In this document: positions 49,104-58,809 of the stretch, piece by piece
How positions within the stretch are numbered: the first letter of the stretch is position 1
Layout: each line of letters starts with the position of its first letter
Source: Minutocellus sp. GHC0000111
Taxonomy: Eukaryota
Length of the DNA: 64,000 nt
Direction of reading: 5' to 3'
Assembly: GCA_977018835.1 (NCBI GenBank)
Contig: OZ361257.1
Location: forward strand, 682,001-746,000
Made by a program: the position numbers and the translations under genes
The notes under the pieces: generated by a model
The model's database searches: none
What the model saw: the letters and a program-made list of their open reading frames with translations, nothing else
Told to the model about the DNA's origin: nothing

Positions 49104-50660
49104 TCAAACCTGTGCATAGCTTGGCGCTTCCGATCGCGGTCCGAGTGCAGTACTTGCCACATAGCTCGGTGCGTAGCTAGGAGCATACGAAAAGTTATCT
49201 CCTCCGACGACGGTGCCGGTGTCTTCCTTCATCTGTTCCCGCAACAACCGCTGCGGGGTGCTGTATCCCATCACCTCGTCATAGTCGGCAAAGATTGGAT
49301 CGCAGGGGATCAACCACGTGTGATAACCGGCAATGCCAAACACATCCTCCAGCGGTATCGGCTCCTCGTCGGATTCGTGCATGCTATTGGTGGCCTTCTT
49401 CTTTAATCGATCGATAGTACCGATGCCCGTCATGAGGCCGTAGCAGACATTCATAATCATGCTCGACGTGAATAGAAAGGCGCCGGTGGACAGCAGCGTC
49501 ATCACCCGGACCAGCTGGGTAAGCATGGGGGTGAAGACACACTCCTCGGTGGCGCAGAAGAAATAATTCCAACCCAGCAGGCAGAGAGAGAACGCCGAGC
49601 AGGTCCACGTGTACAGCAAAAAGAGACAAAAGTGCTTCATGTTGCCAGCTCCCACGCAATTGTTCATCCATGGACAGTGGTGGTCCATCCGACTGATGCA
49701 CCGATTGCATATCCGGCAATGATGTGAGAACGGAGGTTTGAAGGTTTGGCACTGGCTGCACATCGATAGCGTCCCGTCCGGTCCCATCTTCCTCCGCACG
49801 GATTCCATCGGCACGGCACTCTGTGGCACCGATCCTGGGTCGGTAAAGGAAGTCTTGGCGTGACTTGCCAACGCCATGCAGCACAGCGCAGTGTACGTCA
49901 TTGCCAGAAAGGGCGGCACACCGCCTGTCTTGGCCAGCATGGTGATTGTAATGGCGGAATATCCCAGCAACAGCCACACCATCCCTGCCATAATCGTCCC
50001 GGCTTGATCGGCAGTATTCATCCAAATCCCATGCTCCTCCCCAGTACCCGGACTGCACGTCCAGGATTGGTCGTTGAAGTCGTCCCGATAGTACCGGCCG
50101 TCGGGTCCCTCGTCGAGCTTCATCTCGTGGCCGGAGCAGCCGCACTCTCGGAGGCAGGTCGTGACCGAGGCGTACACCCGATTGTGCAGCTTGCGGCCCT
50201 TGGCGTCCTTGGCATTTTCGGCACCGTCCAGGGTGCCATTGTCAAAGGTCGAGCTGGGAGAGACGGGGCCGTAGCCGCCGACGGTGAGAGACTGGAGCGC
50301 GCCGCCACTGCCATTGCCGCGCTGCTGCGGCGGCGCAAAGGGCTCCGAATGATAGACCTCCCGATCTCGGTCTTGCTGGGCCTGCAAAAAAGAAGGAAAC
50401 GATGGAAGATTGAGAACTATTCTGTGAGCCAATGGTACAGGAACAATGCCGGCTAGTGACAGGGCAAAGGCACGCGGCAAGACCGCCGACGGGAACTGAC
50501 AGCCAATGCGCCAACGAGGAGCACAACGCATGCGAAAGGAAAACCAAAACACGGCACGTACCTGTCGCCTCCTTGCTCCGCCGCCAGTCAGCGGCTCTGA
50601 CTGGGAGCTTGCGTAGGCATCATCGCGGTAACCACCGCCACCTCCTGCTGTGCCGTACAT
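49104..50660 (-). CDS. DHHC palmitoyltransferase; 2 exons (intron 50382-50561)
   Basis: CSQCQTFKPPFSHHCRICNRCISRMDHHCPWMNNCVG, a DPG motif and 4 TM segments. Confidence 0.93.
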   Translation of the reverse strand: MYGTAGGGGGYRDDAYASSQSEPLTGGGARRRQVRAVFWFSFRMRCAPRWRIGCQFPSAVLPRAFALSLAGIVPVPLAHRIVLNLPSFPSFLQAQQDRDREVYHSEPFAPPQQRGNGSGGALQSLTVGGYGPVSPSSTFDNGTLDGAENAKDAKGRKLHNRVYASVTTCLRECGCSGHEMKLDEGPDGRYYRDDFNDQSWTCSPGTGEEHGIWMNTADQAGTIMAGMVWLLLGYSAITITMLAKTGGVPPFLAMTYTALCCMALASHAKTSFTDPGSVPQSAVPMESVRRKMGPDGTLSMCSQCQTFKPPFSHHCRICNRCISRMDHHCPWMNNCVGAGNMKHFCLFLLYTWTCSAFSLCLLGWNYFFCATEECVFTPMLTQLVRVMTLLSTGAFLFTSSMIMNVCYGLMTGIGTIDRLKKKATNSMHESDEEPIPLEDVFGIAGYHTWLIPCDPIFADYDEVMGYSTPQRLLREQMKEDTGTVVGGDNFSYAPSYAPSYVASTALGPRSEAPSYAQV

Positions 50661-50850
50661 GTTGCAATGGTCGACTTGTGAGGAGGTTGGTGCAGCAGTC
50701 TGCAAGTTCTTTCATCACTCGTTGGCTCGTTGGCGCATTGCGCGTCGGACGAGCGTTGAGCAAATGCACGAAAAAAGGGAGACCCCGATTGTTCTTCCAA
50801 ACGGCGGTCAGACGGTATCAACAATCATCGTATGTAGCCTCAACTCTTAA

Positions 50851-50867
50851 GAGGGCGCTGTCCATAA
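50851..50867 (+). repeat. Left terminal inverted repeat
   Basis: gagggcgctgtccataa, exact reverse complement of 55063-55079. Confidence 0.95.
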
Positions 50868-51315
50868 CTTTTAGGAAGCCCCCAAAAAGCGTGTTTTGTG
50901 CCGTTTTTTCTTCGCACCATCGCCAAAGTTAGCACTCCAACGTGACAATGGGCTCCTCATCGAAGGCCGCCGCTCTCCACAGTGGCGAAGAGTCATCGAC
51001 GTTCCTTTCAGCATTAAGTCGGAAATCCCTCCAGGAACACTTGGTTCAGAGGAACTTCGATGAATCAACTCTCCCTCAGAAACACAACAGTCGACGTGCA
51101 CATCATCGTCGGGTCGACCGAAGTTAGTCTCGGCCGACGCATGACCAGCATTGGTGGTGCTGGTGGGAAGACATCTTGAAGTTTTGCTGTTGGGAGGTAA
51201 GGGGATATTTGTTTGGGGTATTTTTGCACATCTCCCTCATTTGGGGTTCTTTCTGTAAGGTTCTCATCGAAAAGCGTGTCTTGCGCCAGAACCGACACAA
51301 AACAAAAAAACAACC

Positions 51316-53621
51316 ATGGAAACATCACGTGCTAACGCCAAGGAGGCAATCCTCTCACTCTTGCTCTCATTCCCAGATGACGTCAGATGTGCTTACTACA
51401 CTATTGATGAGCTTGTCCGTATCTTGATGCGCGGTGGCGTGTCGCCGAGCTTAGAGATCTCTCTTGTTCGATCATCTCTTCAACACGTCCCAACACGACA
51501 CGAGGTCAACATCCAACGACGACGTCCAGAGAAAATATCAGGCCTTGACGTTGCAAAGCCCTTCTACCGCTTCTCCAGAATAGCCGATAACGCCAGCCCA
51601 CGCTCTCAACGCAATGGCAAGCGATCACTGCCGACCATGCCTGAAAATCACTTCCAGGACGATGAAAAGCATGGGCCCCATCTCAACGCGATGCTGAAAC
51701 ATTATTCCGACAAGAATTCTTCGGGCGGTCGGTCATCTACTCCCACCGCCAACGCTACCGATCGTCCCAACATCACCGGCGTGCAGCTCAACGGCAAAAG
51801 AATTGTGGTTGAGATGAAGCAGCTGTATGATTTCGTACAGAGTCTCCACCGATCGTGCGGCAATCTGCATCTCTCGGCCGAGCCAGTTCGGCGTGGATTC
51901 GGCGTTACATTTGAATGGCGATGCGACAGGTGCAACCAACCTTTTTCTTTTTGCACTTGGATCGGCCAGAGGTCAGAAGTTGTGTGCCCCGGCAGAAAGC
52001 ATTCTAGAAGTCAGGCTGGAATGAACTTGGAGCTGATGGAGGCAGCGGAAGATGAGGCCATGTGCGCAAGTCGCTTCATGAATTTCTGCACGAAGGCCGA
52101 CATCGTCCATCCGACCGAAAAGAATGCCCGACAGGTGGAAAAGAAATGCAGAGCAGCGGCTATTGAAGCAGCTGATGAAATCATTGACGAGAATAGGGCA
52201 AAAGCACATGCCGCTAGCAGCAAGACTGTTGAGTTTGAACAAGGCGGCGAGATGCACACGGCGGCGGTGGTTACGGTGGCCCAAGACGGCAGCGCCCTCA
52301 AACGCGACTACGGCCATTGCTACACTGGCTCTGCTGCAGCGGTATTTGCCGTAGACAAGGAAACTGGCCTTGTTGTTGACAAGGGAATCTCTCAGGCAAG
52401 CTGCCACTATTGCGTGAGAGCCTGCAATGCAAGATTGAGGGAGAGGCGGGAAGCCGGCAATCCAATGACGCCGAGTGAGCTCAAAAACATGAGCAAGGAT
52501 GAGATACTGGCCCTGTACGACCATGATGGCTTCTGCTATCGCAACTCTTCCTACTCCCCCGGTGTGGCAGAGGAGCATCTGGCCGAGAATGTTGGGAGTT
52601 GAAAATTTTAATGCCATCCCCCGACCACGCATCAATCGGATGAAACAGGACATTTCGAAGATTACTGATCGGCACAAGCACAGCGTTCTCGATCAGCCCG
52701 ATGGTGCTGTGTCCGAGGAGGAAAAACAAAGTCATCTGGCCCTCCTTCAGAAAGAGCTCCAGTCCGTCGTTCGTCACCAATGTGGCATTCACACTTTTTG
52801 CACCACCAACACGTGTGATTGGATTCGCCTCAGCATTGCTCATCCTGATTGGAGTGATGGCAAGCTCGATGAGGAATGGAGCTCGGGGAATCAATTCGAT
52901 GGCAACATATTGGAGATTAGTGACGACACGATTCGCAAGATGACGCTTGAAATAACCAAGAGAATCAACAAGAATACTGCCGACTCCAACTGCAAGAAGG
53001 AATCTACCACCGGCGTCGAACAGCTCAACGGGATGGTGACGAAGTTCACGATGGGGAAAAGGCCGAATTTGACTGCTTCAGACGCCTACCCAAATGCAAC
53101 AAGTAGAGCCGCTGGCCACAAGTCACTGGGTACGGAATTCAATGAGCGAGTTCTTGGAAAGTTGGGATCGAGGGATTCTCCTACCCGAAAAGATGGATTC
53201 GATGCAATTGACCGGAAGCTCGAGGGCGACCTTGCGCGTAAGCGCACCGATGAGTACAAAAAGAGCAAGAGCGACAGCAAGCGCCTTCGAGCAGCCTTGC
53301 GAAACAGAAGCGAGAAAGACGACAAGGACTATGTGTACAAGAAGAACAGGGCCCTAGCTGCTGGTAAGGCGAAACCAGCAAAGCCTGGCCGCAAGAAGAA
53401 GATTGACCAGCAGTGTCAGAAATGCAAGCAGCTTGGCCACACTCGGGCTGAATGTCAATGCGACGATGCTGTCGACGTTGTCGTTTACGCCGGAAAGAAG
53501 CCCAGGCAGCAACAAGAAATCTGCAAGAAATAATAAGAAAGCTAAGACAAACTTCGGTGTATCGGCAAATGATGTTAGCTCTTGGATGCCGGCGATACTG
53601 AGAGAAAATGGCAGCTTGTAA
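51316..53621 (+). pseudogene. Kolobok-type DDE transposase, disrupted near 52597 (frameshift, probable internal deletion)
   Basis: GKRIVVEM..H..C..GFGVTFEWRCDRC zinc region; first Asp in VTVAQDGSALKRDYGHCY; CHYC..HDGFCYRN; then in the next frame HQCGIHTFC..C, STTGVEQLNG (catalytic Glu) and a CQKCKQLGHTRAEC zinc knuckle. It stops at 53533, or at 53621 if a further frameshift occurred. Confidence 0.8.
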
Positions 53622-53725
53622 ACACGTGTAAAATATTTTATCACTGTAAATAAAAATGGATTTATTGTGTGCTGTTACTCACGTGCTACGCACATTCTTG
53701 TTATCTACATGTGTTGAAGTAATGA

Positions 53726-54955
53726 TTATGCATTTTCCTCTTCTTCTTCCTCTTCATCTTGATGACCAGGGATGAATCCAACATATCGTTCACCTTTATC
53801 ATTTGGATAAATGAACCTAATGCAAAAGACTAGACAGGTTGGCAAGGGCTTCCGATCAAGCCAACCTCTCACATGATACACCTCAGTTGCATAGTACCAA
53901 TACAGCATGTTCCTCTTCAAATTATTTGCCATGGCTTCGACTGGCATGGTGGTTGCGTAGTATTTGTCAGCGATATCCTCCAGGTCCTCCTCCGTCGGCA
54001 CCAGCATTTCTTCGCAGACGCATTTCTGAAAGAAGAGTGTGCCGTACATTGAGCAGCTTCGGTTGGCGGCAGTGCAGCAAGCAGGGGGTATTGGCGGCCT
54101 CTCTCTGGTCTCGTCCCAATTACCGAATGTGTCTGCCTCCGGCGCTGCCGTCGGATCATCGTCGGCTTCCTCACAAACTGCCGCAACAAGAGCATCCGTG
54201 TCCGATCTGATCGCTGCTGATGGCCCACCATCTACCTGCAGAAGTTGGCCCATTCCAACAATATCAAAATCAACTAGTCCAATCCCAGCAGTAGAGTGTA
54301 TGTCATCAAATGGAGCCACATGCCATCGGTGGAACTTTGTCAATTTGATCACATGGCCCTGTTGTAGACTTCGGGCCTTTTCGGTAATTGTCAGGGCAAC
54401 ACGAGCGACGATAAGCTTTCCGCTTCCATCAAGCAAAGTAAGCGATGTGGTGTTGAAAGGTCGGCCGTGCGCAGCAAGAGCCGATCCAATATCGATCCGT
54501 TTCCCATGAAGTTGAAATATAGGGAGGAATTCAGGTCCGGCGTCAAACATGGGATCTTGCAATTGATCGACGATGCCGACCGTCAGCCTCAACTTCACAT
54601 CAGCCACGGACAGGTTGGTAACTACGAGGCCGGGCCGCTCAGCAGCGACATCAATATCATCCCGAACATGATACTTATCAGCGCGAGCCTCGACTGCTTT
54701 GACAAGATGTTGAAGTGCATGGCCGACGCCGGGATTGTTCCATAATTCTCGTCCTTGTCCGTTCGGGTCGTTCTCCAACGTGACGGCGAGGCCCTCCAGT
54801 ATCTCGGTAACGGCGTCTTTCGCTTTGTCCTCCGCCTTCTCTTTCTTCTTGTCAACAGGCAAAATCGGGCGACCGGAGTTATCTGTCTTGAGTTTCCGCA
54901 ACCGCGTATCTGCGTTGTGGGCCGGGCCGGCACTATTATCAGCGCTGCGCTTCAT
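53726..54955 (-). CDS. Transposon accessory protein: OB-fold-like N-terminal/central domain plus a KolX/P2X7-ballast-like Cys-rich C-terminal domain
   Basis: Intact 409-aa ORF inside the TIRs, with PIFQLHG..SLTLLDGSG..LQQGHVIKLTKF and CC..C..CVC...KRNMLYWYYATEVY..G..DRKPLPTCLVFCIRFIYPN..YVGF. Confidence 0.7.
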   Translation of the reverse strand: MKRSADNSAGPAHNADTRLRKLKTDNSGRPILPVDKKKEKAEDKAKDAVTEILEGLAVTLENDPNGQGRELWNNPGVGHALQHLVKAVEARADKYHVRDDIDVAAERPGLVVTNLSVADVKLRLTVGIVDQLQDPMFDAGPEFLPIFQLHGKRIDIGSALAAHGRPFNTTSLTLLDGSGKLIVARVALTITEKARSLQQGHVIKLTKFHRWHVAPFDDIHSTAGIGLVDFDIVGMGQLLQVDGGPSAAIRSDTDALVAAVCEEADDDPTAAPEADTFGNWDETRERPPIPPACCTAANRSCSMYGTLFFQKCVCEEMLVPTEEDLEDIADKYYATTMPVEAMANNLKRNMLYWYYATEVYHVRGWLDRKPLPTCLVFCIRFIYPNDKGERYVGFIPGHQDEEEEEEENA

Positions 54956-55062
54956 CGTAATGAAGAGGGGGCAGAGCGGCGATTCTCATGGTGGGGTCGA
55001 GTTTTTGTCATGCTTCGCTCGTCATAAGAAATAAGAATAAGGGGGATTAAAAACGGGGAAAA

Positions 55063-55079
55063 TTATGGACAGCGCCCTC
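55063..55079 (-). repeat. Right terminal inverted repeat
   Basis: ttatggacagcgccctc followed by TTAA. Confidence 0.95.
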
Positions 55080-55153
55080 TTAAATTAGAGGAGTAATTAT
55101 CATCATCATATCGCAGTCATTTCATTCATTTTCACGCATTGCATCATGGGACC

Positions 55154-56316
55154 ATGGACGGCCACCCTCCATCGCCGTCGCCGTCGCCTGCTGCCGCCAG
55201 TGCCCACAACAAACAAATCGAAGCAGCACCGTCATACATCACGCTTGGAGATGGGAATTTCTCCTACTCTCTTGATCTGTGTCGTTTTCTAGCCTCGTCG
55301 ACACATGACGATGTCACTGCCAGTAGTGGTATCTCCACGTCAAGGTTAGCGGCGCATGTCACCTGTTCAGGGATTGACTCCTCCGACGAGGTTAGGGCCA
55401 AGTATCGCGACGCTGATTCCATCATTCGAAAGATTACATCGCTCGATGAACGGCAGGTAGTCAAGCGAAGGGATAAGAAACGACGAAAACTGATGAAGAG
55501 CATGAAAAGGAAGAGAGGCGATGACAAGGAGCACGCCGGCGGTGGCGACGTACAGGGCAGTTCGCATGCTGAAGTAGAACCATCTCCCCTGTCTATTCGA
55601 GTGGAGCACGGAGTGAATGCGATTGTCATGCCAGGTTCAGACGCCTTCTATTCTGCAGGCCAACGGTACCAGCACGTCATCTTCAATCCAGGTTCAGACG
55701 CCTCCTATTCTGCAGGCCAACGCTACCAGCACGTCATCTTCAATCACCCTCACGTAGGTCGAGAATCAGCAGCTCTCCATCGGCGTTTCCTGGCACACCT
55801 GTTTCATACGGTCGATCAGCATTGGCTCGCGCCGATCACCCAAATGGAGGTGGCGATGCAAACCAGACTAGTGTTTCCGTTATCCCGACAGGGAAGGAAT
55901 ATGTCTGCCAACATTGCAATATATCATCATTTACCTCAGCTCAGGCACTCAACGATCACGTGAAAGCCAAGCATTCCGGGAGGCATAAGGATATCAAACC
56001 TGAATGGTCAAAGGCTGCCAACTCGGGTCATCGAGAAAATGACGAGAAAGAAGATGCAGACATTCAGGCTCCAAATAGAGAAGCAATCGGCTCCTGCAAC
56101 ATATGTGGTTTGACCTACTACTCGCCAGAGGACGAACCTAACCATTTGGTTGAATTCGTACCTCAGCCTGTCGTTGTCAATGAAGGAACCTCGGCGGTCG
56201 AGCCCAAGCAGTACTTATGTTCGCACTGCAACAAGAATTTCAAGGATACGCGAGCGGTCCGTCAACACGAAAACTTTTGCTCGAAACCACCAGATTCTCT
56301 GACTGCAAAGGGATGA
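55154..56316 (+). pseudogene. BMT5/DUF2431-like rRNA methyltransferase domain + C2H2 zinc fingers; internally duplicated and frameshifted
   Basis: TLGDGNFSYSLDL, HGVNAI, VIFNHPHVG and HRRFLAHLF. After WLAP (about 55832) the C2H2 fingers (CQHC..H...H, CNIC, CSHC..HENFC) are in another frame. A 57-bp duplication sits at 55631-55744. Confidence 0.65.
55631..55744 (+). repeat. 57-bp in-frame tandem duplication
   Basis: ccaggttcagacgcc...cacgtcatcttcaat x2 with two mismatches. Confidence 0.92.
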
Positions 56317-56416
56317 AATATATGGTACGAGTCATCTTGAGCTAAGTATATGCTTTAGTATAGTTTCCACGATCTTATTTTTTTTATTTCACCAAGCTGC
56401 ATGTTGTCTTTCTTCT

Positions 56417-58809
56417 TCACGGGCGTAGAATAGAAGCCTTCACGAGACCTTCATCAATCAGTGTACCAAGGTAGCGATCCTTTACCTTGTCTCGTTTGAT
56501 CTTGAAACTCTGCGTCAACAGGCCATTGACCATTGCGAATGGCTCGAGACTCAAATAGACACTGCTGACTTGCTCCCATGGTCTGAATTTTGCAGTAGCT
56601 TTCTTCATGTCGGCCTTGAGCGCACCTTGAAGTTCCTGGTCCCCGCGGAGCTTTTAAGCTGCGAGTATGAGCCGCTCAGTGTATTCGAGGTATTTTTCAT
56701 CGCTGCACTGAGGGTCGTTGATGCCGTCGCTCGCTTCTTGTAGTTTCTTGGCCTTGTCATATTCGAGATGCCCCGCCTCAGCCAATGCGGTCGGATTGAG
56801 AACAGCAATCGCGGTCAGCCTCTTCTCTTCTTGTCCCATCAGCACAATCTGATCTATTAGGGCCGACTGCTCAAGGATTGCGTCTTCAATCGGTCCGGGC
56901 TCTACATTTTCACCGTTGGCAAGGACAATAGTGTCTTTCTCTCTGCCTATTACAAAGAGATCACCTGTTGCAGGATTGACAAAGCCAAGATCACCAGTAT
57001 CGAACCAACCGTACTGGTCGATGGCCTTCGCGGTCGCCTTGGCATTATTGTAGTATCCCTTCATAACTTGTGGTCCCCTGACCAAGATGAGACCCGGCTG
57101 TCCGTCTTGAAGAGGATCTCTCTCTTTGTCGTTGGATGTGGCCTCTGGATCTACGATACGAATTTCCGTTGCTGCTGTTGGCCTCCCAACACATCCACCG
57201 GCAATTAAATTGGCATCACCATGTCTGTGGGTGATGACGGGGCTGCACTCTGTGAGGCCATATCCGACGAGCACCTTGAACGAACAAAGCTCGTAGAATT
57301 GTTCCAGCGGGGCTGGAAGGCTAGAGCCACCACTAAATACAATTTTTTGGTTTCCGCCAAATAAGTTTCGGATCTTTGCCCAAACTAGACGATCTCCTAA
57401 TTTGTTCAAAGGGGCAAGCGCCATGACTACCGAACGGGACCGAATTCTTTGGAGCCAACTAGGCGCCTTTGTGCCGACGACTAGACCAGAGGCAATCTTC
57501 TTGTGCTTATTGATCTTCTTGCCAATTCTGTAAAAAAACGCACCATACGTTTCACTCCTGGCGGCTTGTTTGTAAGCTTTTCTTGAATACCGTCGTGGAT
57601 TTTCTCAAGAACGCGGGGAACCAACACCATGCACTCTGGCTTGTGCTTTGCAAGATCATTCTTGAGATATTTGATGTTGGTGTATACCAACGAACAGCCT
57701 CGTGTAATTGCGCAGAGTTCAGCTGTACGCTCGGTGATATGCCAGATGGGAAGAAGGCAAATCATTTTATCGCCCGGAAGAGGCTCGGTGTCTTCGAATT
57801 TCTTGTTGGGATGGAAACGCAAGCGCACCTGGTGAAGAAGATTCCCGTGGGTCAGAACCACACCCTTGGGCCTTCCAGTTGTTCCACTTGTATAAACTAA
57901 AGTAGCGACGTCACTCCGCGTCAAATCTGGAAGCTCAAACGACCTCATCGGCGGATTTGAGTCGATAAGTTCGTCGACGGTGAAGATGTGTAGACCCAGT
58001 TTTGTTGAGAGTCGGTCAAGTTCACCCTCACCAGCATCTTCGCGATGGAGTAAGATGATAGTCTTTGGGTGACCGGTGGCAAAGTTCTCGAATCCAAGAC
58101 CATCGCCCGGACCGTTCTCGACTGCATCGGTGGCTAATTTCTTCAGTAACTTCGGGCCTTGGAGTACTAGAACGCTTGCTGAATCAGCATTCGAGTATAT
58201 GTAACGCAACTCGTCGATTGGAGCCTCGGCACCTCTGACGACGGAAGCACCCCCGGCCAACTGTATGCCTTGATCGCAAATTAGCCATTTGGCCGAGTTC
58301 TCGGCGAAGATAGCAACATTGTCGCCCTTGCCCACTCCCAACCGCCGAAATGCGGCGGCACAACGTTGAATCTTTCGATTCATTTCCCTAAAAGATAAGT
58401 CAGTAGGACTGTCGCATAGGTGGTCGTCATAGACAGCCCTTTTCTCTGGGCAGGATGCGGCGAGTTCTGACCATATTTTTGGAACACAACTGACTTGGTT
58501 CCTCATTAGATGTAGCTCGTTCACGAGTTCGTCCTTCACGTCGATAGGCTCGAGAGGAATGTTTGTCTCGAGAATAGGACAGCGCTTACCGAACTTGTTG
58601 GGAGGATTTGGTTGGGTAGAGGCGCCAACTTGTCTGCCGAATTCGAAATTTGCGCTGATCGCACGCATGGGCTTGGAAGATATCGCACTTTCCTCCTTTC
58701 TCGCGACTTTTGGTCGAGGGAAGCTCGTCAGTGAAGAGGGAAAGGTGAAAGCAGACGCCGCCCATGGAAGGTAGACGGCGATGGCAAGAATTCGATAAGA
58801 AGGTATCAT
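56417..58809 (-). pseudogene. Plastid-targeted long-chain acyl-CoA/acyl-ACP synthetase (AAE15/Aas-like) with a frameshift (about 57505-57525) and an in-frame TAA (56654-56656)
   Basis: Signal peptide + ASAFTF, YTSGTTGRPKGV, GYGLTECSP, WFDTGDLG and GREKDTIVLANGENVEP. The frame after the TAA continues KLRGDQEL...NGLLTQSFKIKR. Confidence 0.85.

Larger units (their letters stand above)
50851..55079. mobile_element. Kolobok-type DNA transposon, 4,229 bp, with a TTAA TSD and 17-bp TIRs
   Basis: TTAA(50847-50850)-GAGGGCGCTGTCCATAA ... TTATGGACAGCGCCCTC-TTAA(55080-55083). Encloses two convergent ORFs. Confidence 0.92.

Noticed and set aside
50851..55079. piggyBac assignment (TTAA TSD) or KolobokP-type long terminal direct repeats
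   Set aside because: The termini start GA rather than CC, the transposase motifs are Kolobok-like, and I see no long direct repeats or His-Me nuclease ORF.
56654..56656. Stop-codon recoding of TAA in the acyl synthetase
   Set aside because: TAA terminates other genes normally here (e.g. USP, cyclophilin, eIF6), and the same gene also has a frameshift.
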